This document shows, piece by piece, positions 29,466 through 41,776 of a DNA stretch of 59,836 bases (positions are counted from its first letter, which is position 1; the number at the start of each line of letters is the position of its first letter). The stretch covers positions 1 to 59,836 of the forward strand of contig DASYVN010000003.1 of NCBI GenBank assembly GCA_035937095.1, given 5' to 3'. This DNA is from Candidatus Limnocylindria bacterium. Its GTDB lineage: Bacteria; Chloroflexota; Limnocylindria; P2-11E. The notes below the pieces were generated by a model. That model was not told the origin of the DNA and made no database searches. It saw nothing but the letters and a program-made list of their open reading frames with translations. Both the position numbers and the translations under genes were made by a program.

Positions 29466-31570
29466 GCGTCAACATGAAGGAGGATGGCCTGGTCCTCGTG
29501 TCCGAGGACGACGGCAGCCTGCCGATCGGTGCGACATCCGCCTTCGGCCTCTACTACCACGACACCCAGTTCCTCTCGGGCTTCGCCCTGCGCATCAACG
29601 GACAGCCGCCGGCCCTCCTCTCGGCGAATACCGAGCAGAACTACGTCGGGGCGTTCCAGCTCGCGAACCGCGCGGCGACCCTGGACGACGGGGCGATCCT
29701 CCCGTCGCAATCGCTCTCGGTGCGGCGGACCCGGTTCCTCGTCGACGGCCTGCGCGAGCGCGTCGGCATCCTCAACTGCAACCCCGGGAAAGTGCGACTG
29801 CGCATCGAGCTCGAGTTCGACGCCTCGTTCCACGACATGTTCTCGGTGCGCGGCTACCGCGGCCTGCCCGCCAGCGTCGAGGTCACGCCCGTGGCCGCGA
29901 TCCCGAACGGCATCCGGTTCGAGCGCCTCGGTCGTGATGGGGTCCGCCGCACCACCGACGTGACGATGCGGCCCGCGCCGGACCGCATCGAGGGCCACAC
30001 CTTCATCCTGGAGCGCGAGCTCGCGCCGCAGGAGATCGTCACCTACGAGCTTGCGATCGTCCCCCGGGAGGATGGCTCGGGGGTCGCGCCCGCGCCGCGC
30101 GATTTCGATGAGGCGCTCGACGCGCTGAACGCGCGCTACCGCCGGTTCCTACGGACCTGCGCGGACTACTCGACGAGCTCGGAGTCGCTCAACGACGAGC
30201 TCCTCCTGCGAAGCGCCCTGGACCTGCGCGCGCTCATCGACGACGAGGACACCGGGCTCTACGTCACCGCAGGTATCCCCTGGTACGCCGTGCCGTTCGG
30301 CCGCGATGGGCTGATCGCGGCCTACCAGACGCTCGCGTGGAACCCGGACATCGCGCGCGGGACGCTGCGGCTCCTGGCGCGCTACCAGGGCACGAAGGTC
30401 GATGCGTTCACGGAGGAGCAGCCGGGCAAGATCCTCCACGAGCTGCGACGGGGCGAGCTCGCGCGGCTCGGCGAGGTCCCCCACCGGCCGTACTACGGCA
30501 CGGTCGACGCGACGCCGCTGTTCGCGATGCTGTTCGCGGAGACGGTGAAGTGGACCGGCGACCGGGCGTTCTGGCGGGAGCTGCTCCCCGCGGCCGAGCG
30601 CGCGATCACGTGGTGCGACACGTTCGGCGACGCTGACGGCGACGGCTACATCGAGTACGGCGCGAGCCCGAGCGACCTCCGGAACCACGGATGGAAGGAT
30701 TCTGCGAACTCGCTCTCCGACCCGGACGGGCAGCCCTCGGTGCTGCCGGCCGCGCTCGTCGAGGCGCAGGCGTATGTCTACGCCGCGAAGCGCGGGCTCG
30801 CGGATCTGTATGCGATGGACGGCGAGGCCGAGCGCGCCAGGACGCTGCGCGCGGAGGCGGCCGCGCTCGCCGAACGGTTCGAGCGCGATTTCTGGATGGA
30901 CAACGAAGGCTGCTACGCCCAGGCCCTCGATGGCAACAAGAAGCAGGTGCCGGCGGTCACGAGCAACGCCGGACATGCGCTGTGGGCCGGCATCGCTCGG
31001 CCGGACCGGGCGCGCCGCGTGGTCGAGCGGCTCATGGCCCCCGACATGTTCAGCGGCTGGGGCGTGCGGACGCTGTCGAGCACCTACCCGACATACAACC
31101 CGATGAGCTATCACAACGGCTCGGTGTGGCCGCACGACAACTCGCTCATCGCACAGGGCTTCGTGCGCTACGGCTTCCGCGAGGAGGCGAACGCGATCAT
31201 CGAGGCGCTCATCGAGGCCGGGAAGCGGTTCCCGAACGCGCGGCTGCCCGAGCTCTTCTGCGGCTTCCAGCGGGACCTGCGGTTCTCTTCGCGGCCCGCG
31301 GACTACCTCATTTCGTGCATCCCGCAAGCGTGGTCGGCAGGCATGGTGTTCCTCTGCCTGCGCTCCCTCCTCGGGCTCGAGCCGGACCTCGAGCGGCGCC
31401 GCATCGTCGTCGACCCCGCGCTCCCCGTCTGGCTCGACCGGATCGAGGTCCAGCACCTGCGGGCGTACGACTCGCTCATCTCGTTCCGCGTCCGTCGCTC
31501 CGGCCGGAGCGTCACCGTGACCGGCGGCGGCTCGCGCGTCGCGCGCGCCTCGGCGCCGGTCATCGGGTGA
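29462..31570 (+). CDS. Amylo-alpha-1,6-glucosidase / glycogen-debranching-like (GDE_N_bis + GDE_C) glycoside hydrolase
   Basis: It has GIPWYAVPFGRDGLI, GKILHELRRGE, YYGTVDATPLF and SYHNGSVWPHDN. A GTGA overlap links it to the upstream gene. Confidence 0.85.
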   Translation: MSVNMKEDGLVLVSEDDGSLPIGATSAFGLYYHDTQFLSGFALRINGQPPALLSANTEQNYVGAFQLANRAATLDDGAILPSQSLSVRRTRFLVDGLRERVGILNCNPGKVRLRIELEFDASFHDMFSVRGYRGLPASVEVTPVAAIPNGIRFERLGRDGVRRTTDVTMRPAPDRIEGHTFILERELAPQEIVTYELAIVPREDGSGVAPAPRDFDEALDALNARYRRFLRTCADYSTSSESLNDELLLRSALDLRALIDDEDTGLYVTAGIPWYAVPFGRDGLIAAYQTLAWNPDIARGTLRLLARYQGTKVDAFTEEQPGKILHELRRGELARLGEVPHRPYYGTVDATPLFAMLFAETVKWTGDRAFWRELLPAAERAITWCDTFGDADGDGYIEYGASPSDLRNHGWKDSANSLSDPDGQPSVLPAALVEAQAYVYAAKRGLADLYAMDGEAERARTLRAEAAALAERFERDFWMDNEGCYAQALDGNKKQVPAVTSNAGHALWAGIARPDRARRVVERLMAPDMFSGWGVRTLSSTYPTYNPMSYHNGSVWPHDNSLIAQGFVRYGFREEANAIIEALIEAGKRFPNARLPELFCGFQRDLRFSSRPADYLISCIPQAWSAGMVFLCLRSLLGLEPDLERRRIVVDPALPVWLDRIEVQHLRAYDSLISFRVRRSGRSVTVTGGGSRVARASAPVIG

Positions 31571-32769
31571 GCCGCAAGAAGCAGCGCGTCCTCCTCGTTC
31601 ACTACACCGCGCCGTCGATCCTCGGTGGCGTCGAGCGCGTCATGGCCGTCCACGCGCGGGCCCTCCGCGAGGCGGGCGACGACGTCGCGATCGTCGCGGG
31701 TCGCGGCAGCGCCCGGCCAGTGCGCCTCATTCGGATCGCCGAGCTCGACTCGCGGCACCCCGCGGTCCTGCGCGACTTCGCGGCCCTCGCCCAGGGAGAG
31801 ATCGCGCCGGCGCACGAGCGGCTGGTCCACACGATCGAGCGCAAGCTCCGCCTGCACGTCGCGCGGGCCGATCGGGTCGTCGTGCACAACGCCTTCACCC
31901 TGCACAAGAACGCGGCGCTCACGGAGGCTCTGGCGAACCTCGCGAGCGAGCTGCCCGGCCGCTTCGTCGCCTGGACCCACGACCTCGCGTGGACCGACGC
32001 GCAGTACGCCGGACAGCTGCATGAGGGTCGTCCGTGGTCGCTGTTCCGGACAGCGCTCACTGGAGTCCGCTACGTCGCCGTGTCCGAGAAGGCGCGCGAT
32101 GAGCTCGTCGCCCTCACCGGGATCCCGAAGTCGAAGGTCGCCGTCGTGCCGAACGGCGTCGATCCCGCAGGGCTCCTCGGCCTGTCGAAGCCGGGCATCG
32201 CGCTCGCCGAGCGCCTCGAGCTGTTCGATGCCGACCCGCTGCTCCTGCTCCCGGTGCGGATGACCCGCCGCAAGCGCATCGACGTCGCGATCGACGCGCA
32301 GGTACGGCTGCGTCGCACGTTCCCGAACGCCGCGCTGGTGGTGACCGGCGGGCCCGGAGCGCACAACCCCGCGAACGCGACGTACGCGCGCGAGCTCGCG
32401 ACGCGGGCGGGTGCCGGCGTCCACCTGCTCCACGACAAGAAGGTGCGCGTCAGCGACCGCGTGCTCAGTGACCTCTACGCGCTCGCCGACGCGCTCGTGC
32501 TCCCGTCGGCGAACGAGGGCTTCGGGATCCCGGCCCTCGAGGCGGGCTGGCACCGCCTGCCGATCGTCTGCTCGGACATCCCGGCGCTCCGGGCGGTCGC
32601 CGGCGACGACGCGACGTACGTCCCGGCGGACGCCGACGGCGCCACGCTCGCGCGGGCCATCGCGCAGCGGCTCGGGTCCGATCCGATCGCGCGGCTGCAC
32701 CGCCGCAGCCGCGAGCATGCGTGGCCGCGGGTGCTGGCCGAACACGTGCTACCTGCCATCCATGGATAG
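31567..32769 (+). CDS. GT4-family glycosyltransferase
   Basis: GTG 31567 overlaps the upstream TGA. The product has VSRKKQRVLLVHYTAPSILGGVERV... and the E-x7-E region PSANEGFGIPALEAG. The long N-extension in track ORF 30691..32769 is rejected. Confidence 0.85.
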   Translation: MSRKKQRVLLVHYTAPSILGGVERVMAVHARALREAGDDVAIVAGRGSARPVRLIRIAELDSRHPAVLRDFAALAQGEIAPAHERLVHTIERKLRLHVARADRVVVHNAFTLHKNAALTEALANLASELPGRFVAWTHDLAWTDAQYAGQLHEGRPWSLFRTALTGVRYVAVSEKARDELVALTGIPKSKVAVVPNGVDPAGLLGLSKPGIALAERLELFDADPLLLLPVRMTRRKRIDVAIDAQVRLRRTFPNAALVVTGGPGAHNPANATYARELATRAGAGVHLLHDKKVRVSDRVLSDLYALADALVLPSANEGFGIPALEAGWHRLPIVCSDIPALRAVAGDDATYVPADADGATLARAIAQRLGSDPIARLHRRSREHAWPRVLAEHVLPAIHG

Positions 32770-32775
32770 TTGGGG

Positions 32776-34578
32776 ATGAGCTTCATGAAGTGCCTCGTTG
32801 CCGTCGTCGATGCCACCCATGACCGCGGGCTGATCGAGGTCGCCGCGGCCCTCGCCGGCGATGACGGCGAGATCGTCGTCGCCTCGGTCATCGAGGTGCC
32901 CGAGGGCGACACGCTCGCCTCCGCGCAGCCGCATGCCCGCACCCGGCGGCGCGAGCTGATGGCGCTCGCCGCGCCGCGCACCGTCCGACCGCTCGTAACC
33001 GTCGCCCGGCAGGGCTGGGCGGCGATCGCCGACGCCGCCCGCGAGGAGCGGCCCGACCTGCTGCTCGTCGGCTGGCGCCGGCCGGGCTGGGACTACCTCG
33101 GCACGACGATCGAGGACCTCCTCCGCGATCCGCCATGCGACCTCGCGATCGTGAAGGGGCCGGCGGGCCGCGCCCGGCGGATCCTCGTGCCGGTCCGCGG
33201 CGGCCGCTACGCCGAGCTCGCGGCCAAGCTCGGCGTCGACCTCGCGCGCGCGCGCGGCGGGACCGTCACCCTGCTGCACGTCGCGCCCGAGGACCGGGCA
33301 TCGCGTCGGACCAGCGCGACGCTGTATCAGCTCGTCGGCGAGCGGGCCTTCGACGAACGGGTCGACGAGCTCCTCACGCGCGTCGGCGACGCCGAGCCGA
33401 TCATCACCGCCGAGCTCGCTCGCCACGACCTCGTCGTGTTCGGCGCGAGCGGCGGCGCGGAGCCGCTGGGACCGATCGCGCAACGGATCATCGGCGGGGC
33501 GAAGGCCGCGATGATCGTGCGCACCCGCACGCCGGTGGCGTCGAGCGTGTTCCTCGCCCCGACCCCGCTCCCCACGGATCGGACGGAGCGCACCGCGGCC
33601 ATCGGCGAGCTCGTCGACAAGTGGTTCGTCGAGAACACCTTCACGAGCGCGGAGTTCGCGGATCTCGCCGCGCTCCGCGCGCAGAAGGAGAAGCTGGGCC
33701 TGAAGATCTCGGTGGGCCTGCCGACGCTGAACGAAGAGGCCACCATCGCGAAGGTCATTCAGGTCATCCGCAGCCGGCTGATGGAGCGCATCCCGATCGT
33801 CGACGAGCTCGTGGTCATCGACTCGGACTCGACCGACCGCACGCGCGAGATCGCGCGCGAGCTGGGCGTGCCGGTGTACCTCCACCAGCAGCTCCTGCCG
33901 GAGGTCGGTCCCGGGCGCGGGAAGGGCGAGGCGCTCTGGAAGAGCCTGGCGGTCCTCAGCGGGGACATCGTCGTGTGGGTGGACACCGACGTCTCGAACT
34001 TCCACCCGAAGTTCGTCTACGGGCTGCTCGGACCGCTGCTCTTCCGGCCGGACATCGCCTTCACCAAAGCCTTCTATCGCCGGCCGCTCGACGTCGGTGG
34101 CGAGCTGCAGGCGACCGGCGGCGGGCGCGTGACCGAGCTCATGGCCCGGCCGATCCTGAACATGTTCTTTCCCGAGCTCTCCGGGATGATCCAGCCGCTC
34201 GCCGGCGAGCAGGCCGGGCGCAGGAGCCTGCTCGAGCGCCTCCCGTTCTTCTCGGGCTACGGCGTCGAAACCGGCCTGCTCATCGACGTGCTCCGGATGG
34301 CCGGGCTGCGGGCGCTCGCGCAGGTAGACATGAAGCAACGGATCCATCGCAACCAGTCGCTCCTCGCGCTCTCGAAGATGTCGTTCGAGATCGTGCAGGT
34401 CGCGATGAAGCGGTTGGGCGACGGGCGTGGGGAGCGGCTCCTTGACGACGCGAACCTGACGATGAAGCTCATCTCCCCAACGGCCGAAGGCTTCCACCTC
34501 GAGGTCCAGGACATCAGCGAGATCGAGCGGCCGCCGATGATCAGCGTGCCCTCGTACCGGGAGCGGTTCGGCCGCTAG
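32776..34578 (+). CDS. gpgS: Fusion protein: two universal stress protein (USP) domains + glucosyl-3-phosphoglycerate synthase (GT81, GpgS)
   Basis: The N-terminal part has MKCLVAVVDATHDRGLIEVAA... and RRILVPVRGGRYAELAAKLGVDLA.... The C-terminal part has VGLPTLNEEATIAKVI, VIDSDSTDRT, GRGKGEALW, VDTDV, GGGRVTEL and QPLAGE, which are GpgS-type blocks. Start is TTG 32770, ATG 32776 or ATG 32785. Confidence 0.85.
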   Translation: MSFMKCLVAVVDATHDRGLIEVAAALAGDDGEIVVASVIEVPEGDTLASAQPHARTRRRELMALAAPRTVRPLVTVARQGWAAIADAAREERPDLLLVGWRRPGWDYLGTTIEDLLRDPPCDLAIVKGPAGRARRILVPVRGGRYAELAAKLGVDLARARGGTVTLLHVAPEDRASRRTSATLYQLVGERAFDERVDELLTRVGDAEPIITAELARHDLVVFGASGGAEPLGPIAQRIIGGAKAAMIVRTRTPVASSVFLAPTPLPTDRTERTAAIGELVDKWFVENTFTSAEFADLAALRAQKEKLGLKISVGLPTLNEEATIAKVIQVIRSRLMERIPIVDELVVIDSDSTDRTREIARELGVPVYLHQQLLPEVGPGRGKGEALWKSLAVLSGDIVVWVDTDVSNFHPKFVYGLLGPLLFRPDIAFTKAFYRRPLDVGGELQATGGGRVTELMARPILNMFFPELSGMIQPLAGEQAGRRSLLERLPFFSGYGVETGLLIDVLRMAGLRALAQVDMKQRIHRNQSLLALSKMSFEIVQVAMKRLGDGRGERLLDDANLTMKLISPTAEGFHLEVQDISEIERPPMISVPSYRERFGR

Positions 34579-34810
34579 TTGAGGTTCCCGGCCATTTCTG
34601 GCACTGCTTCAGATCCGGTCGCGGAGGTCGTCGGGCCAGCTCCAGAGATCGTCGCGTGCGGGCACGCCGCTGAGCGTCCTCGTGATTCGCCCACGATTGC
34701 GGCTCGACACGTCGAGGGATGCCGTCCGCGAACCGCCTCGACAACGGGTCGAGCACGAGTGCCAGAAACCACCGGGAATCTCAGCTCGTTGAACTCCTCC
34801 CAGCGGTCCG

Positions 34811-35467
34811 TCACAGCCCGAGCACGGAGCCAGTGGGCTGGGCTGCGGTCACCGCATGCGATATGCAGTCGGTCGGCAGGATCCGCAGCCGCCCGGAGCG
34901 CGATCGCGGCGCGCCTGGTCGCTCGTGAAAGAGGCGCCGCGTCCGCGCAGGCACCCTGGCGCATCCGGGTGCGGCGATCGACCCGGCCGGTGGTCGAGGG
35001 GTGCCGTGGCGTGGTCCGGTCCGCCGGACTCCAGGCGCGGGGCAGGCCGCGGGCCAGGCGGCGTCGACGGGCGCGCTCCAGGAGCGGCTCGCGGTCGCAC
35101 TGATCCGAACGGGCGCGCACGTACATATGTCGGCCCAGGAATCCGCGGTTTCACTGAGCATTTGCGGCGATTCACTGTTCCCGTAGAGGAACGCGTACGG
35201 GAACACGTACGGGAACACCGCAGGCGGACCCGATTCGCCTGGCGCTCGGCTGGCGGTGTCGGGGCGACCGGACCGATCGGCGAGCGCACCGCGACGCCGG
35301 CGCCAGCGGTACCCGGTGGTGCGGCTGACCCCGATGGGCGTGGCTGCGCGGCGCACCCCGACCCGCTCCGCCGCAGCCAGCAGCACCGTGCGGCCCCACT
35401 GGTGTCGTTCGAGCGCGCCGGACCAACGACTCCCTCCGGCTGGTGGTGTGTTGTCAGCACCGCACAC
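34811..35467 (-). pseudogene. Degenerate IS481/IS3-type transposase N-terminal fragment
   Basis: ...ERHQWGRTVLLAAAERVGVRRAATPIGVSRTTGYRWRRRRGALADRSGRP... (35263-35410) resembles the HTH plus 'leDRSsRPh' linker of IS481-type transposases. Downstream the sequence breaks into several frames. There is no intact DDE domain. Confidence 0.4.
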
Positions 35468-35642
35468 GTGAGTCGGGGCCTCTCCTTGTGACGACGGTCA
35501 GGAGGAGTGCAGCTAGTGCCGCGCGGTCGAGCTGCCGTTCGCGCCACAGTGGTGGCCGGCGGGCTGTGGGGTCCGCTCGCGGTGCCATTTCTCTGGCAGA
35601 GATCGCGGCGCTAGACCGTCGGCGAATGCGCGGTCCGGCTCG

Positions 35643-37484
<1,842 letters not shown>

Positions 37485-37513
37485 CGATCAAGCCTAAGGG
37501 CTTGGCTCCGCCG

Positions 37514-39325
37514 CTACGGTCGCGTCTCGGTCTCGACCTCCCACAGTCGCCGCATCTCATCCGAGCTCGCGAGCAGCTCATCGAGCGAGCCCTGGGCCTC
37601 GACGCGCCCGTCCTTCAACACCACGATCCGGTCGGCACGACGGAGCGCGGGCCGGCGATGCGAGACCGCGAGGATCGTCGGCCATTCGGCGGGCGGCTGC
37701 GCCGGATCGACGAGCCGCTCCCACAGCGCGCGCTCGGTCTCCACGTCGAGCGCGCTCGATAGATCGTCGACGACCAGCAGGTCCGCGTGACGGACGAATG
37801 CCCGGGCCGCCGCGACGCGTTGGACCTGCCCGCCCGATAGCCGAACCCCGCGCGAGCCGACCATCGTGTCGATCCCCTGGGCGAGCTCGGGGATATCCCG
37901 CTCGAGCACCGCGGCCCGCACGGCGTCGGCCAGGCGCGCATCGTCCGCGAGGCCCAGAAGGATGTTCGCCCGCACCGAATCACTGAACAGCCGCGGGACC
38001 TGCGGGACGTAGGCCGACCGAGGTGGCCCGAAGAACGCGCCCGGATCGACCACCGGCGCGCCGTTCCACAGGATGACGCCGGACTCCGCGGGCAGCAGTC
38101 CGAGCAGCACGCGGAGCAGCGTGGTCTTGCCGGCGCCGATCCGGCCGGTGATGACCGTGAAGCTGCCGCGCTCGAGGCGCAGCGACACGTCACTGATGCC
38201 CGGGGCAGCGGCATCATCGTGCGATCGGCCGAAGCGATACCAGAGGTGTGCCGCCTCGATCGCGCGCAGGTCGCCGCCCGACCGCATGACCGGTGTCGAG
38301 AGCGGGCCGCGCAGGAACAGCGGCGTGCGCGCGACGAGTCCTGCGGCATCCACGCCCGATGACTCCCCACGCATGAGCGCGAGCATGCGCCGCACCGAGA
38401 CGTTGAGCTGCTTCCATTGCGTGAGGAACAGTCCGGCGAAGCCGGTGAACTCGGTCACGAAGCCGAGATACGACACGAACAGCGCGAAGTCACCGACGGT
38501 GAAGCTGCCGCTGCGCATCGACTGGGCTCCGAGCAGCAGGATCAGCCCGGTCCCGAGATTCACGGTGTTCCAGTAGATCGACTGGGTGACCAGCTGCACC
38601 CCGCGCTCGCGCAGGAGCGCGCGGCGGCGTACGTCGTTCAGGCGGCGGAAGTGCTCGACGACGCCGCGCTCGGCGCGCGCGAGCTGAACCGCCTGGACCG
38701 CGCCGAAGATCTCGCCGAGCGCGCCGGTCACGCGGCTCGTGGCTACCTGGCTCGCCGACCGCGTTTGCCGCAGGCGGTTGGTCGCGACCTGCGCGACCAG
38801 GATGATCGCGGCCAGCGGAGCGAACACGAAGATCGCGATCGTGGCGTTGACCCGGATGAGGATCGTCATCGCCGCGGTCGCGAAGACGAAGTTGCCGATC
38901 ATGTCGATCGTCCAGTCCGCCCCGTTCTCGGCATGCTCGACGTCGTCGCGGAAGACGCTCAACGCCTCGCCCGGCGTCCGGTCCAGCGATCGGGCTCCGG
39001 GGCGACGGAGGACCTCGGTGAGCATGTTGCGCTGCAGGACGCCGGTGACCCCGAAGCGGAATCCCACGTCGATCATCCAGCCGATGAGCATCGCGGCCGC
39101 GTGAGCGATTCCCGCACCGACGAAAAGGGCGGCGAGCCAGAGGATCGCCGGGACGTCAGCAGTGCCGCGCTGCAGCGCGTCGAACGCCCGCTGCGCCACC
39201 AGCCCCGGGAGAAGCTGCGACGCGTAGACGCCGATCCAGGCGACGGCGTCGGCGAGATAGTTCCCCTTCCGGTAGGTCGCCATCCGCCAGAGGAACCGAC
39301 CCGTGCCGATCGTGTCCTCTTTCAT
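37514..39325 (-). CDS. ABC exporter, fused permease/ATPase subunit (heterodimer partner 2)
   Basis: Internal ATG 39325 lies 8 nt after the upstream stop. It has a 6-TM domain, then Walker [12 protein letters not shown], signature [14 protein letters not shown] and Walker [13 protein letters not shown]. Confidence 0.9.
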   Translation of the reverse strand: MKEDTIGTGRFLWRMATYRKGNYLADAVAWIGVYASQLLPGLVAQRAFDALQRGTADVPAILWLAALFVGAGIAHAAAMLIGWMIDVGFRFGVTGVLQRNMLTEVLRRPGARSLDRTPGEALSVFRDDVEHAENGADWTIDMIGNFVFATAAMTILIRVNATIAIFVFAPLAAIILVAQVATNRLRQTRSASQVATSRVTGALGEIFGAVQAVQLARAERGVVEHFRRLNDVRRRALLRERGVQLVTQSIYWNTVNLGTGLILLLGAQSMRSGSFTVGDFALFVSYLGFVTEFTGFAGLFLTQWKQLNVSVRRMLALMRGESSGVDAAGLVARTPLFLRGPLSTPVMRSGGDLRAIEAAHLWYRFGRSHDDAAAPGISDVSLRLERGSFTVITGRIGAGKTTLLRVLLGLLPAESGVILWNGAPVVDPGAFFGPPRSAYVPQVPRLFSDSVRANILLGLADDARLADAVRAAVLERDIPELAQGIDTMVGSRGVRLSGGQVQRVAAARAFVRHADLLVVDDLSSALDVETERALWERLVDPAQPPAEWPTILAVSHRRPALRRADRIVVLKDGRVEAQGSLDELLASSDEMRRLWEVETETRP

Positions 39326-39332
39326 GAGTGGG

Positions 39333-41075
39333 TCATGTAGCGAGCACCGGCTCCAGGCCGCTCCGGAGGAGCGCGGAGAACCGCGAGGCCGGGTCCGCCG
39401 CAAGCGCCACGCGTGGTCCGTGTTCGACGATCCGACCCTCCTCGAGGATGAGGATCTCGTCGCAGCGATCCACCGTCGCCAGCCGATGCGCGATGACGAT
39501 CGCCGTGCGATGCGCGAGCAGCGCGTCGATCGCCTGCTCGACATGGCGCTCCGTGACCGGGTCGAGCCGCGACGACGCTTCGTCCAGCACGACGAGCCCT
39601 GGATCGCGGAGGAACGCGCGCGCGAACGCGAGAAGCTGAGCCTCGCCGGCCGAGAGGCCGCCCCCTGTCATCGCCGCACCGAGGGGATCCGTCGGCGATT
39701 GGTCTCGCAGCCACGTCCCGAGCCCGATGCCGTCGACGACGGCCTCGAGGCGGGCGTCATCGATCGTGTCATCGAAGAACGTGAGGTTGTCGCGGACCGA
39801 GGCGCTGAAGAGCTGCACGTCCTGACTTACCAGCGTCGCGCGCGTACGCACCGCGCCGAGCGAGGCGTCGCGAAGGTCGACGCCGCCGAGCCGCACCGCG
39901 CCGGTCGTCGGGTCGTAGAACCGGAGCAGCAGCCGGGCCAGCGTGGTCTTTCCGCTCCCGGTGCGGCCGAGGATCCCGAGCACGCGGCCGGGCGCGACAC
40001 GCAGCGACAGGTCGTGAAGCACGAGGTCGTCGTCGTAGCCGAATGACACCGCATCCAGCTCGACACCGAGCGGGCCATCAGGGAGCGTCTGTTGCCCGTC
40101 GACGAGCGCCGAGCCGGTCCGGAGCAGCTGGTCGACGCGCCCAAGGCTGGCGATGGCCCGCTGCATGTCCTCGAGCTCGCGGCGGAACGACTCGATCGGC
40201 CGGCGCAGCAGCTCCGTGTAATAGAAGAGCAGGTAGACGGTCCCGACGGTGATCGCGCCGACGGTCCAGAGGTAGCCGCCAACGGCGAACGCGACGGCGT
40301 TGCCGACCGCGAACGTGAGGATCGTCGACGCCCAGATGACCCCGACGCCGAACATCGCGCGGCGACGCGACGCGAGCCACTCGCGATGGTGGAGGGCGAG
40401 GCCGTTGAGGATGTGCGTCTCCGCCCCGCTCGAGCGGATGTCCTCGGTGCCGCCCAGCCGCTCGCCGAGGAACCCGTAGATCTGCGCGGACGTTTCGCGC
40501 ACGCGGCGCCATCCACCGACCGCGATCGTCCGCAGCGGCCCGAGGAGCAGCCCGACCGCCAGGACCGCGAAGCCCGTCAGCGCGACGCCCGCGCGCCAGT
40601 CCTCGATGGCGACGACGATGAGCACGCCCACGAGCAGTACGAGATTTCCGAGCACGTTCACGATGAATCGAGAGAAGAACCCCGCGAGCGCGGTGACGTC
40701 GCCGTCGATCCGCTCGATCAGCTCACCCGGCGTCCGGGCCTTGTGGAAGCCCAGATCTAGGTTCAGGCAGTGCAGCGCGAGGTCCGCCCGCAGCGCGTTG
40801 GTCGCGATCCAGCCGATGCTCTCGCCAAGGTACGTCGCGAGCGCGGCCGCGATCTGCTGGCCCAAGGCAAAGGCGACGAACAGGATGGCGATCCGCACGA
40901 GTACGTCGAGATCGGCGCCACCGATCGCGCCGTCGATGAACGAACGCAGCAGCTGCGGGGCGATGAGCTGGAGAGCGATGCTCGCCCCGACGAGGAGTCC
41001 GAGGACGGCGAGATGACGCCACTGCGGCCCGACATACCGCGCGAAGAGATCGAGGGATCGATGACGCGTTCGCAT
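39333..41075 (-). CDS. ABC exporter, fused permease/ATPase subunit (heterodimer partner 1)
   Basis: It has a TM domain, then Walker [12 protein letters not shown], signature [14 protein letters not shown] and Walker [13 protein letters not shown]. Confidence 0.9.
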   Translation of the reverse strand: MRTRHRSLDLFARYVGPQWRHLAVLGLLVGASIALQLIAPQLLRSFIDGAIGGADLDVLVRIAILFVAFALGQQIAAALATYLGESIGWIATNALRADLALHCLNLDLGFHKARTPGELIERIDGDVTALAGFFSRFIVNVLGNLVLLVGVLIVVAIEDWRAGVALTGFAVLAVGLLLGPLRTIAVGGWRRVRETSAQIYGFLGERLGGTEDIRSSGAETHILNGLALHHREWLASRRRAMFGVGVIWASTILTFAVGNAVAFAVGGYLWTVGAITVGTVYLLFYYTELLRRPIESFRRELEDMQRAIASLGRVDQLLRTGSALVDGQQTLPDGPLGVELDAVSFGYDDDLVLHDLSLRVAPGRVLGILGRTGSGKTTLARLLLRFYDPTTGAVRLGGVDLRDASLGAVRTRATLVSQDVQLFSASVRDNLTFFDDTIDDARLEAVVDGIGLGTWLRDQSPTDPLGAAMTGGGLSAGEAQLLAFARAFLRDPGLVVLDEASSRLDPVTERHVEQAIDALLAHRTAIVIAHRLATVDRCDEILILEEGRIVEHGPRVALAADPASRFSALLRSGLEPVLAT

Positions 41076-41087
41076 CGGCGAAGTTTC

Positions 41088-41735
41088 TCACTCGAGCGCG
41101 GCGATGGTCTCCGGAAGCCCAGAAAGGTCGCGCAGGATACGGTCCGGCGTCGTCGTCAGCCCCTCGCCGTGCCGATCGATGAACACCGTGCGGTAGCCGA
41201 GCGCGGCCGCCGGCAGCATGTCGTGGTACTGGCTCGCGCCGACGTGCACGGTCTCGGCCGCCGTCGCGCCGGTCAGCTCGGCGAAGCGCGTCCAGTGACC
41301 CGCCGCCGGCTTGTAGCTGCCGACGTCCTCGGCGGTGACGACCAGGTCCGGCGTGATCCCGAGCTTCGGGATGGACGTCGCGATGAGGTCACGATCCACG
41401 TTCGAGAGGATGGCGATCCGCCGCCCCGCCGTCCGTAGCGCCCGCAACGCCCCAGGGACCTCCGGGAACGCGGCCCAGCGGGGCAGCGAGGCCGGCAGCG
41501 GCGACGGCCGCTCGATCCCGTGCTTGCGCAGGAGCGCCGTGCCCGCGCGGTCCAGCACGTCGTGATACCGCAGGTACGCTCCGCTCTCCACCGACGCCTC
41601 GGTCTCGATGTACTCGCGCGCCAGCGCGTCGCGGTCCACGTCAGCCGCGAGCAGTGGCAGGAGGGCATCGGTGATGCCGCCCTCCCAGTCGATGAGCGTG
41701 CCGTAGCAGTCAAATGTGCACCAGCGGATCGCCAT
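41088..41735 (-). CDS. HAD-superfamily hydrolase (2-haloacid dehalogenase-like subfamily)
   Basis: It starts MAIRWCTFDCYGTLIDWEGGI (HAD motif I DxYGTL) and has ILSNVD and a VGSYKP-type motif. Confidence 0.85.
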   Translation of the reverse strand: MAIRWCTFDCYGTLIDWEGGITDALLPLLAADVDRDALAREYIETEASVESGAYLRYHDVLDRAGTALLRKHGIERPSPLPASLPRWAAFPEVPGALRALRTAGRRIAILSNVDRDLIATSIPKLGITPDLVVTAEDVGSYKPAAGHWTRFAELTGATAAETVHVGASQYHDMLPAAALGYRTVFIDRHGEGLTTTPDRILRDLSGLPETIAALE

Positions 41736-41776
41736 GCTGGCAAACGATAGGTCGAGCAGGCCCCAGAATCAGCCGC

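Noticed and set aside
32749-34497. 582-aa minus-strand ORF (and 33135..34445+)
   Set aside because: It is antisense to or out of frame with the USP-GpgS gene, whose motifs are unambiguous.
41736-41776. Promoter for the island genes (TGGCAA ... CAGAAT)
   Set aside because: The spacer is about 20 nt and the hexamers are weak. I cannot support it without TSS data.
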